From Ilumatobacteraceae bacterium (GTDB taxonomy: Bacteria; Actinomycetota; Acidimicrobiia; Acidimicrobiales; Ilumatobacteraceae): a stretch of 43,581 nucleotides of DNA. The stretch's first letter is position 1. Every line of letters starts with the position of its first letter. Positions 26,349 through 34,050 of the stretch are shown here, piece by piece. The stretch covers positions 1 to 43,581 of the forward strand of contig JBMOGW010000001.1 of assembly GCA_049318165.1 (NCBI GenBank). Direction: 5' to 3'. The notes under the pieces were generated by a model. The model ran no database searches. It had not been told where the DNA came from and was given only the letters and a program-made list of their open reading frames with translations. The translations under genes were made by a program, and so were the position numbers.

Positions 26349-26960
26349 TCAGAAGGCGAGGTCGGGCGCCCGCAAATGCGCGAGGCGCTGCGCGAGCGTG
26401 CGGTGCGCCCGGAACGAGCGGCTCTTCACCGTGCCGAGCGGCAGGGCGAGAATGTCGGAGATCTCCTGGTGGGTGAACCCGTCGAGGTGCTGCAGGCGCA
26501 CCACGTCGCGGTCGTCCGGGTGCAGCGACTCGATGGCGAGGCGCACCTGGGCGGTCTCCCATGCGGCGGTCTCGCTCGGCGGCAGGTACACCAGTGCACG
26601 ATCGCCGGCGTCAGCCTGCTCGATCGAGGTCACCGGGCGGCGGCTCTCGCGACGGGCGATGTCGATCGCCACGCGACGGGCGATCGTCGCCAGCCAGGGC
26701 GCGATCTCGCGGTCCACGTCGAGCGTGGCAGCGGCCCGCCACGCCTGCACGAACGTCTGCTGCACGGCCTCCTCGGCGAGCACGGCACGGCGCAGCACCT
26801 GATAGGCGACGCTGTGCACCATCCCCGAGTAGCGCTCGTACACGGCGCGCACGCCGCCTTCCTCGCCCCGTTGGAACGAGCGCAGCACGTGCGTGTCGTC
26901 GGCATCGGCCAACAACATTCCTTGGCCTGATTGCCGCACACGCAGCGTCGACGCGTTCAT
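26349..26960 (-). CDS. ECF-type RNA polymerase sigma-70 family factor
   Basis: Region 2 (AVYERYSGMVHSVAYQVL...EEAVQQTFVQAWR...PWLATIARRVAIDIARR) and region 4 (VVRLQHLDGFTHQEISDILALPLGTVKSRSFRAHRTL). The start was moved to ATG at 26960 (MNASTLRV...), preceded by GGGAGG/GGAAG. The track ORF extends to 27077. Confidence 0.85.
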   Translation of the reverse strand: MNASTLRVRQSGQGMLLADADDTHVLRSFQRGEEGGVRAVYERYSGMVHSVAYQVLRRAVLAEEAVQQTFVQAWRAAATLDVDREIAPWLATIARRVAIDIARRESRRPVTSIEQADAGDRALVYLPPSETAAWETAQVRLAIESLHPDDRDVVRLQHLDGFTHQEISDILALPLGTVKSRSFRAHRTLAQRLAHLRAPDLAF

Positions 26961-27190
26961 TTGCTTCCGACCTCCCGCAAGGTCCGCGGCGCAACTCCCG
27001 TTGTCACGCCACTGTTGACTGTTCCGCCGCCAACAGGGAAATTGTCCCAGTTCCTGTCGGAATTCTCCATCGGACATTGGTCTGAGGACCTGCGACCCAC
27101 CGCCACACGCCGCGTCTGGCGCGTTTCAACTGTGCGATGTGTTGTGGCACACTTTCAGGTGGTTCGCGGCGAGTCGGAGGGGCAACGGCG

Positions 27191-27904
27191 ATGTCAGACA
27201 CACCGAGCACGATCCCGGCGTTCCAGGACATCGTGCTCCGGCACAGCACCGACGCCGCGCTCCTGCTGCACCCGCAGGACGGTGTGGTCTACGTCAGCCC
27301 TGCGTGCGAGCACGTCACCGGGCTGCCGAGCACCCGGTTCATGGGGATGATGGCTGCCGACTGGGTGCACCCCGAGGACGTCCCTTCGGCGATCGAGCAG
27401 CGCCGCCTCGCCGACGAGGACGGCCACAGCGGCCCCACCCTGCTCCGCGGCCGTCACGGCGACGGCGACTATCACTGGTACGAAGCCGAGTGGTGGCACG
27501 TGGCGACGAACCACACCGTGCTGCACATCCGCAACGCGCAGAGCCAGCAGGCAGCGATCACCTCCGCGGTACGCGATCTCGCCCTGCTCACCGCGGTGCT
27601 CGAGCACAGTGGCACGGTGGCGATGCGCGTCGACCCCGCGGGCCCGGTGCGCTTTCTCTCCGGATCGGCCGCCGCGCTCGGCTGGCGCGCCGGTGTTCCG
27701 GCGCCCTCGACCTGGTGGTCACTCGTGCATCCCGAGGATCACCGGCGCTTCACGGCGACGGTGCTCGGCGACCCGTCGCGCGACGCCATCGTGCACTTCT
27801 CGGACGGCGACGGCGGGTGGCGGGCGTGGCGGATCCGCACCGTCGACCTGCAGCGCGACCCCCGAGTGGGTGCCGTGATCCTCTACGCCACCGCCGCATC
27901 CTGA
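27191..27904 (+). CDS. Stand-alone tandem PAS-domain protein (no output domain)
   Basis: From ATG at 27191, preceded by GGAGGGG 8 nt upstream. There are two PAS-like repeats: IVLRHSTDAALLLHPQDGVVYVSPACEHVTGLP...WVHPEDV...YHWYEAEW and AVLEHSGTVAMRVDPAGPVRFLSGSAAALGW...LVHPEDHRRF...WRAWRIR. Confidence 0.7.
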   Translation: MSDTPSTIPAFQDIVLRHSTDAALLLHPQDGVVYVSPACEHVTGLPSTRFMGMMAADWVHPEDVPSAIEQRRLADEDGHSGPTLLRGRHGDGDYHWYEAEWWHVATNHTVLHIRNAQSQQAAITSAVRDLALLTAVLEHSGTVAMRVDPAGPVRFLSGSAAALGWRAGVPAPSTWWSLVHPEDHRRFTATVLGDPSRDAIVHFSDGDGGWRAWRIRTVDLQRDPRVGAVILYATAAS

Positions 27905-27944
27905 CGGGTGCGACCCTCGTCGTGGCGTCTGTGATGATGAGGGC

Positions 27945-28733
27945 GTGACGTTCTTCAGCCTCAGCACATGGACGCTCGTCGTCGTCCTGACCCTGATCAT
28001 CGGCGGCGCCACGGCCCTCGGCGTGTACCTCGGCCAGCGGGTGCGTTCACATCCGGACGGTAACGCCGAGCCGGTCGGCGTGGTGCAGGCGGCGATGCTG
28101 GGGCTGGTGGGTCTGCTGCTCGCGTTCGGGCTGTCGATGGCCGTCGGCCGCTACGAGACCCGACGAGCCATCGTCGTGCAGGAGTCCAACGACATCGGCA
28201 CCACGTATCTGCGTGCACAGCTGCTGTCCGAGCCCGAGCGGACCGAGTCGATGGACCTCCTGCGCACGTACACCGACGCCACCATCGTGATGGCGGACCA
28301 GGTACCCGGGACCACGGCGTTCCGCGAATCCGTCGCCGACGTGGAGCGCCTGCAGAACGAGCTGTGGACGATCGCCGGCGCCGCTGTCGCGAAGGACTCG
28401 GTGGGCACGGCACCGAAGCTCTACATCGAGACGTTGAACGACACGATCGACATTCACACCGACCGCCTTGCGTCGCTGAACAACCGTGTTCCCGGCTCGG
28501 TGGAGGCGCTGCAGGTGATCGCCGCCGCGTTCGCCGCGGGAGCGCTGGCGATGTACCTCACGGTGATCGGCCGCAGCCTCGTGTCGCTGATCCTCGTGTC
28601 CGCGGTGCTGATGGTGATCCTGTTCGTGTCGTTCGACCTGGATCGCCCCCAGCGTGGCGTCATCACCGTGCCGTTCACGGCGCTGGTGGACGTCCGGGCC
28701 TCGATGGACGGACCGCCGGCCGTCGTGCCGTGA
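27945..28733 (+). CDS. DUF4239 / bestrophin-like integral membrane protein
   Basis: 262 aa with a GTG start. It has two N-terminal and two C-terminal TM helices around a soluble core (RYETRRAIVVQESNDIGTTYLRAQLL...). I recognise this pattern as DUF4239. Confidence 0.6.
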   Translation: MTFFSLSTWTLVVVLTLIIGGATALGVYLGQRVRSHPDGNAEPVGVVQAAMLGLVGLLLAFGLSMAVGRYETRRAIVVQESNDIGTTYLRAQLLSEPERTESMDLLRTYTDATIVMADQVPGTTAFRESVADVERLQNELWTIAGAAVAKDSVGTAPKLYIETLNDTIDIHTDRLASLNNRVPGSVEALQVIAAAFAAGALAMYLTVIGRSLVSLILVSAVLMVILFVSFDLDRPQRGVITVPFTALVDVRASMDGPPAVVP

Positions 28734-28749
28734 CGGCACCGAACCGGAG

Positions 28750-28823
28750 TGGGCGTGGCGGGACTCGAACCCGAGACCTCCACCGTGTCATGGTGGCGCT
28801 CTAACCAACTGAGCTACACGCCC
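28750..28823 (-). tRNA. tRNA-Val (anticodon GAC)
   Basis: The reverse complement folds as a 74-nt cloverleaf. Acceptor GGGCGTG/CACGCCC; D arm GCTC-AGTTGGTTA-GAGC; anticodon arm CCACC-ATGACAC-GGTGG (GAC at 34-36); variable loop AGGTC; T arm TCGGG-TTCGAGT-CCCGC; discriminator A. The 3' CCA is not encoded. Confidence 0.9.
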
Positions 28824-28837
28824 TCGATTGCGTCGCA

Positions 28838-28866
28838 ACGCTACCCCACCGGGCGCGTCGCGCCAA
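28838..28866 (-). promoter_or_regulatory. Candidate sigma-70-type promoter for tRNA-Val (TTGGCG-N17-TAGCGT)
   Basis: On the minus strand, TTGGCG (28866..28861), a 17-nt spacer, then TAGCGT (28843..28838). The -10 element ends 14 nt before the mature tRNA 5' end. The spacer contains the palindrome GGCGCGACGCGCC, which could also terminate the upstream kinase gene. Confidence 0.3.
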
Positions 28867-28890
28867 CGTGTGAACCCTCGAAGCAGCGCC

Positions 28891-31800
28891 TCAGGTGCTC
28901 GACGCCCGTCGGCCCTGCAGCGGGTCGTCGATCCAACTCAGCACCTCGCCCAGGTCGACGGGCTTGGGGATGAACGCGTCGGCACCGAGCGCGCCCAGCC
29001 GACCACGAACGTCCTGCGCGGCGTCTGCGCTGATCACCACCACCGGCACGGTGGCCGTGCGCTGGTCCGTACGCAGCCGGCGCAGCACCTCCTCCCCAGG
29101 GATGTCGGGCAGATGCAGATCGAGCAGCACGAGGTCGGGAACGTCCGCAAGCGCCCAGCCCAGCGCCGACTCCCCAGTCGATGCCTCGCGGAGCTCCACG
29201 CCCTCGCGACGCTCGACGATCGAACGCATCAGCATCGCGTTGGCCGGGTTGTCCTCGACGTACAGGACGACACGTCCCACGTTCGCGTCGGCAGGCGCGC
29301 CGGAGACGCCGTCGGTGGTGTCGACCGACATCGGCACGGCGACCGTGCGGGGCAGCACGAGCGTGAACACCGACCCGACGTGCGGCGTGGAGCGCACCTC
29401 GATGCGGCCGTGCATCATCTCCGCGAGGCCGCGGGACAGGGCCAGACCGATACCGGTGCCTTCGATCCCTGAGGCCTCCGCGCCGAGCCGATCGAAGGGC
29501 TCGAACAACCGAGGCAGCAGTTCTGGTGCGATGCCGAGGCCGTCGTCCTCCACGTCGATCGCGACGCAGTCGACGTCCAGTTCGCGACACACGACGCGGA
29601 CGGCCCCACCCGTGGTGTTGTACTTGATGGCGTTCGACAACAGGTTGAGCAACACCTGAATGGTCCGCTGTCGGTCCACGAACACGAGCGTGTCGCATGC
29701 CGTCGGATCGAAGTGCGGCAGCGTCACCTGGTGCGCGTCGCCGAGTGGGCGAACCAGCTCGATCGCCTGACCGACCAGGTCCGACACCATCACGGCCTCG
29801 AGCGACATCGACATCCGCCCTGATTCGATGCGCGCGATGTCGAGCACCTCGTTGATCAATTCGAGCAGGTGGCGGCCGCCGGTGAGGATCTGCTCGACCG
29901 CTTGATGCTGACCTGTCGGCAGGTCGTCCATCTCCAGCAGTTGACCGAATCCGAGCACTGCGTTGAGCGGCGTGCGCAGTTCGTGGCTCATGCGCGACAG
30001 GAACGCCGTCTTGGCGGTGTTGGCCTCCTTCGCCTCACGCTCGGACGCGGTGAGCCGCTCGCTGTACTCGACCTCTGCCTGTGCGTCGCGCCAACTGGTC
30101 GCGTAGAAGCGGACGTTCCCGTGCTCGTCGACGATCGCGCGCATCCGGCGGTCGACCCAGTGCGCCTCACCATTGGGACGGCGAATGCGGATGTGGCCGG
30201 TGATGAGTTCACCGCCGTGCATCACGGTCCGCTGCGCCGCGGTTCGCGCTCGGTCGTCCTCGAAGAACAGGTCGTCGCCCGGGGTGCCGAGCAGTTCCTC
30301 CGGCGGGACACCGACGATCTGCTGTGTCGCGCCGTTGGCCCACACGATGGTGCCGTCGGACGCGTAGATGAGGAACACGTCGCTCGACAGTTCCGCCATC
30401 AGTCGGTCACGTTCCTGCGCCTCGGCGAGCGCGTGCGCCGCTTCGACCCGCTCGGTGACGTCGCGCAGCAGACCCACCGCGCCCGGCCGACCGTCGGGGG
30501 CGGGCGCCGGCTGGCCGGACGCCTCGATCCACCGGTAACTGCCGTTCTTGTGGCGCATTCGCATCACCTGCTGGCCGCCGTCGCCACGCATCGACTGCTC
30601 GCGCAGTGTCACCGCCATGCCCCGGTCCTCCGGGTGCCAGAAGTCGGTCAGCTGGCGCCCGACCAGGTCCTCGGGCTGCCATCCGAGGATGCCGGTGATC
30701 GCCGACGAGACGTACACCGGGATGCCGTCGATCTGCTGGATCACGACATCGGTGATGTTGTCGAGCACGAACCGCAGCCGTTCCTCGCTCTCGCGCAGGC
30801 GCTCGCGCACGCTGCGCTCGGCATCGATGCTGCGCCACCCGGCGACCCGACCGATCACCGTGCCCGTCGGCGAGAACAACGGTCGCGTCACCGACGACAT
30901 CCACCTGACGTCGCCATCAGCGGTGAAGACACGCATCTCGAAACGCGCGTCGCGCCCACCGTTGACGTCGGACTGCGCCTGCGCCAACACCGGCAGGTCG
31001 TCGGGGTGCACGTGGTCGGCCACCGGGCTGCCGATCATCTCCCACGAGGACCTGCCGAGCATGTGCCGGACCGACTCGGAGATCCACTCGATCACGCCGT
31101 CGCGGTCTGCCTGGAGCACGACGTCGGTCGCGTTCTCGACGAGCAGCCGCATCCGCTCCTCGCTCTGACGGAGCCGTTCGCGGACGCGGTGCTCCTCGTC
31201 CACGTCGCGCCAGCTCGAGATCATCCCGGTGATGTTGCCCAGCTCGTCGCGGATGGGTCGGGCTCGCACGGAGAGCCAGACGTACTTCCCGTCCCGCGCC
31301 ATGTACCGCACCTCGAACGACCCCTCGGGATACTCGCCGTGCCCGGCGCGGGACCTCGCCTCCTGCAGGCGCACCCGGTCGTCGGGATGCAGCAGGTGGT
31401 CGTTGGTACGGCCGACCATCTCGTGTGGCAGCCAGCCGAGACGCTCGGTGATGGACGGCGACACCCATCGCACGATGCCGTGGTTGTCCACCTGCACCAC
31501 GACGTCGGAAGAGTGCTCCGCGAGCAGCCGGTACTGAGCCTCGCGGTCTGCCAGCGCCACCCGCGCCTGGTGCGCGTCGTGGACGTCGCGCCACCCGGAG
31601 ATTCGGCCGACGATGTGGTCGTGCTCGTCGCGCACCGGCCGGAGCAACACCGACATCCAGCGACGACCCCCGTCACGGGTGATGACCCGCGCTTCGATGT
31701 CGACCTCGCGGCCACCCAGAGCCTCGCCGGCGGTCAGCCCGGCAGCGCGCAGGTCGGCCGGGTCGATGAAGTCGAACATCGGGCGACCGACCACCTCGTC

Positions 31801-31965
31801 CGGGGCCCATCCGAGCACGGTGTGCACGGAGGGCGACACCGACTCGAAGTGGCCGTCCACGGAGACCCGACCGACCACGTCCGTGGCCAGTTCAGCGAGC
31901 AGGTCCGCGCTCGCCGACACCGCCGCCACGGTGTCCGGTTCCTGCTCCGGTGGGGTCACACGCAC
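28891..31965 (-). CDS. Hybrid sensor histidine kinase: 5 x PAS, HisKA, HATPase_c, C-terminal receiver
   Basis: Five PAS repeats each end in a [GS]WRD-like motif. H-box SHELRTPLNAV; N-box LLSNAIKY; G1 DDGLGI; G2 GTGIGLALS. The receiver has DLVLLDLHLPD and FIPKP. No TM segment is visible, so it is probably cytoplasmic. GTG start at 31965 (or 31959). Confidence 0.9.
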   Translation of the reverse strand: MRVTPPEQEPDTVAAVSASADLLAELATDVVGRVSVDGHFESVSPSVHTVLGWAPDEVVGRPMFDFIDPADLRAAGLTAGEALGGREVDIEARVITRDGGRRWMSVLLRPVRDEHDHIVGRISGWRDVHDAHQARVALADREAQYRLLAEHSSDVVVQVDNHGIVRWVSPSITERLGWLPHEMVGRTNDHLLHPDDRVRLQEARSRAGHGEYPEGSFEVRYMARDGKYVWLSVRARPIRDELGNITGMISSWRDVDEEHRVRERLRQSEERMRLLVENATDVVLQADRDGVIEWISESVRHMLGRSSWEMIGSPVADHVHPDDLPVLAQAQSDVNGGRDARFEMRVFTADGDVRWMSSVTRPLFSPTGTVIGRVAGWRSIDAERSVRERLRESEERLRFVLDNITDVVIQQIDGIPVYVSSAITGILGWQPEDLVGRQLTDFWHPEDRGMAVTLREQSMRGDGGQQVMRMRHKNGSYRWIEASGQPAPAPDGRPGAVGLLRDVTERVEAAHALAEAQERDRLMAELSSDVFLIYASDGTIVWANGATQQIVGVPPEELLGTPGDDLFFEDDRARTAAQRTVMHGGELITGHIRIRRPNGEAHWVDRRMRAIVDEHGNVRFYATSWRDAQAEVEYSERLTASEREAKEANTAKTAFLSRMSHELRTPLNAVLGFGQLLEMDDLPTGQHQAVEQILTGGRHLLELINEVLDIARIESGRMSMSLEAVMVSDLVGQAIELVRPLGDAHQVTLPHFDPTACDTLVFVDRQRTIQVLLNLLSNAIKYNTTGGAVRVVCRELDVDCVAIDVEDDGLGIAPELLPRLFEPFDRLGAEASGIEGTGIGLALSRGLAEMMHGRIEVRSTPHVGSVFTLVLPRTVAVPMSVDTTDGVSGAPADANVGRVVLYVEDNPANAMLMRSIVERREGVELREASTGESALGWALADVPDLVLLDLHLPDIPGEEVLRRLRTDQRTATVPVVVISADAAQDVRGRLGALGADAFIPKPVDLGEVLSWIDDPLQGRRASST

Positions 31966-32244
31966 GCCCTTTCCGACCTGTACCTCCAGGGCGAGGGTAG
32001 GCCACGGCCCGAGGTCGCGCCACCGCCTTCGGTCCCTACTCCCGGCGGATCACTCAGGACGCGCGCCGCGCGCGGACGCTTCGGCACAGTGGGTACACCG
32101 ATCTCACCCTGCGTGAGAAGTGCGTGCTCGCACGACGGCCCCAAGATCAGGAGTTGCTCACGTCGGTCCGGTGGGCATTTGGTCCATGGTCGTAGCCGCC
32201 GATGGCGTTGTACAACGGCGTTCAGCAGGCAAGGAGGATCACCC

Positions 32245-34050
32245 ATGCGGCTACTCGGGCGGCAGTCGACGGAGACCGGACCGAGCCTCACCGACGGCGC
32301 GGCACCGGTCGATGGACCGCGGGACGACCTCGAACGACTCGTGCAGGCGAACGGACAGTTGGCCACACTGCTGACCGGGTTGTTGGAGTCCGCCCACGCC
32401 GAGATCGCCATCGTCGACGAGCACTCGCACTTCGTCGCCGCGAACGGCGCGTTCCGCGAACAGTTCCTCCACGGCGGCGACCCGACGGGCATGAGCTTGA
32501 GCGAGCTCGCCGGCCGGCTGGACGACCCGCCCCTGCTCGACATGCTCGACGTCGTGCGTCAGGTGCTCGGCTCCGGCAGTGAGGTGTCGCTGTTCACCCG
32601 CGACCACCTGCACGGCCGCGACCGCTGGCTGGACGTCACCGTCAGCCCGCTGGTGTTGCAGCCGGGCGTGGTGTTGCGCGCCAGCGACGTCACCGACCTC
32701 GTCGAGACCGCACGCAGCGTGCACGCCGGCCGTGCAACGGACGAACTCACCGGATTGCTGTCCGCCGAGGCGTTGATCGAGGCGCTCGACACCAGCCTGC
32801 GTCGCCGGGCCTCGATGTGGTGCGTGGCCATGATCGACATCGACCAGTTCACCGTGATCCGCCAGACGCTCGGTTACTCGGCCGGCGACGAACTCCTCCG
32901 CATGGTGGCCGGCACACTGCGCCGGCTCGCCCCGCTCGGCAGCCACGTGAGCCGCTGGCAGGGCGACACGTTCTGCGTCGCGTTCGAACCGGTGCCGGGC
33001 GCCGAGGTGGACCACGTCGCGTCACTGTTGCGCGACGGCGTGCGCCAGCCGGTGACCGTGCAGGGTCGCACGGTGCGCATCACCGCCTCCGTCGGCAGCA
33101 CCCTGTGCAGCGCGGACCGGCCCATCGAAGACGCCCTGCAGCAGGCGGAATTGGCCATGCAGGAAGCGTCGAAGCGTGGTGGCAACCGGTGCGTCACCTA
33201 CGACGCCGAGCTGGCCGAGCCGCAAGAGGGCATGGTGCGCCTGTGGAACGCGCTGCGCAGCGCACTGCAGTTCCGCCAGATGGAAGTGTGGTTCCAGCCG
33301 GTGGTGAGCCTGGCCACCGACAAGCCCATCGCTGCCGAGGCGCTGTGTCGCTGGCACCACCCGCAGTTCGGTGACGTCTCCCCCGGCGAGTTCATCCCGA
33401 TCGCCGAGCGCAACTCCGAGATCCTCAACATCGGCTCGTTCGTGCACGGCCGAGCAGCCGAGACGGCCGTCGCGCTCCGCACCACCCGCGTGGTGCCGAT
33501 GGCCGATTTCCAGATCTCCGTCAACGCATCGCCGAACGAGTTGGCGTGGCCGGATTTCGCCCGCAACATGCTCGCCCGGATCAAGGCCAACGACGCCCAT
33601 CCGGAGTGGTTCGCGCTCGAGCTCACCGAACAGGCGCTCGCGCAGCGAGACCCTGCCGTCCGCGAGAACATCCGCATCCTGCGCGAGGCCGGCGTGACAC
33701 TGGTCCTCGACGACTTCGGGACTGGCTACTCGTCGCTCGAGCGGCTGCGCGACATCCCGGTCGACAAGGTGAAGATCGACCGCCGCTTCGTCGCCAACCT
33801 CGACGACGAGCGCAATGTGCGCATCATCGCCACCATCGTGGCGCTCGCACAGGAGCTCGGCATGCAGACGGTCGCCGAAGGCGTCGAGACCACCGAGCAG
33901 GCGGCGCGGCTGCGTTCGCTCGGGTGCAACGCAGCGCAGGGCTTCCTGTACGCACCTGCGGTGCCCGACAGTGAGTTGACGGCGGTGCTGCGCGACATCA
34001 GCGCAGTCGCATCGACACCTCGTTCGCGAGGAGTCGCCCCCGGCGCGTGA
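32245..34050 (+). CDS. PAS / degenerate GGDEF / EAL c-di-GMP phosphodiesterase-type protein
   Basis: ATG at 32245, preceded by AAGGAGG. The GGDEF signature position reads RWQGDTF. The EAL domain appears complete (EALCRW, NASPNE, ELTE, DDFGTGYSSL, KIDRRF, EGVET, QGF). The 1393-aa track ORF upstream of 32245 is antisense to the kinase gene. Confidence 0.9.
   Translation: MRLLGRQSTETGPSLTDGAAPVDGPRDDLERLVQANGQLATLLTGLLESAHAEIAIVDEHSHFVAANGAFREQFLHGGDPTGMSLSELAGRLDDPPLLDMLDVVRQVLGSGSEVSLFTRDHLHGRDRWLDVTVSPLVLQPGVVLRASDVTDLVETARSVHAGRATDELTGLLSAEALIEALDTSLRRRASMWCVAMIDIDQFTVIRQTLGYSAGDELLRMVAGTLRRLAPLGSHVSRWQGDTFCVAFEPVPGAEVDHVASLLRDGVRQPVTVQGRTVRITASVGSTLCSADRPIEDALQQAELAMQEASKRGGNRCVTYDAELAEPQEGMVRLWNALRSALQFRQMEVWFQPVVSLATDKPIAAEALCRWHHPQFGDVSPGEFIPIAERNSEILNIGSFVHGRAAETAVALRTTRVVPMADFQISVNASPNELAWPDFARNMLARIKANDAHPEWFALELTEQALAQRDPAVRENIRILREAGVTLVLDDFGTGYSSLERLRDIPVDKVKIDRRFVANLDDERNVRIIATIVALAQELGMQTVAEGVETTEQAARLRSLGCNAAQGFLYAPAVPDSELTAVLRDISAVASTPRSRGVAPGA

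Noticed and set aside
28734-28890. tRNA-Val as an integration site for a genomic island
   Set aside because: No integrase, recombinase, transposase or phage gene is present in the window, and I could not spot a duplicated tRNA 3' fragment (att-like direct repeat). Codon usage of the flanking signalling genes looks native.
29869-32244. N-terminal 792 aa of the 1393-aa plus-strand ORF
   Set aside because: This part is antisense to the hybrid histidine kinase and is low-complexity (R/H/V/D-rich). The real gene starts at ATG 32245, behind an AAGGAGG RBS where PAS-GGDEF-EAL homology begins.
31966-32244. c-di-GMP riboswitch (GEMM) in the 279-nt region upstream of the EAL gene
   Set aside because: I could not find the conserved GEMM-I/II sequence blocks or the tetraloop/receptor arrangement, only short local hairpins. 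A covariance-model scan (Rfam/Infernal) would be needed to exclude it formally.
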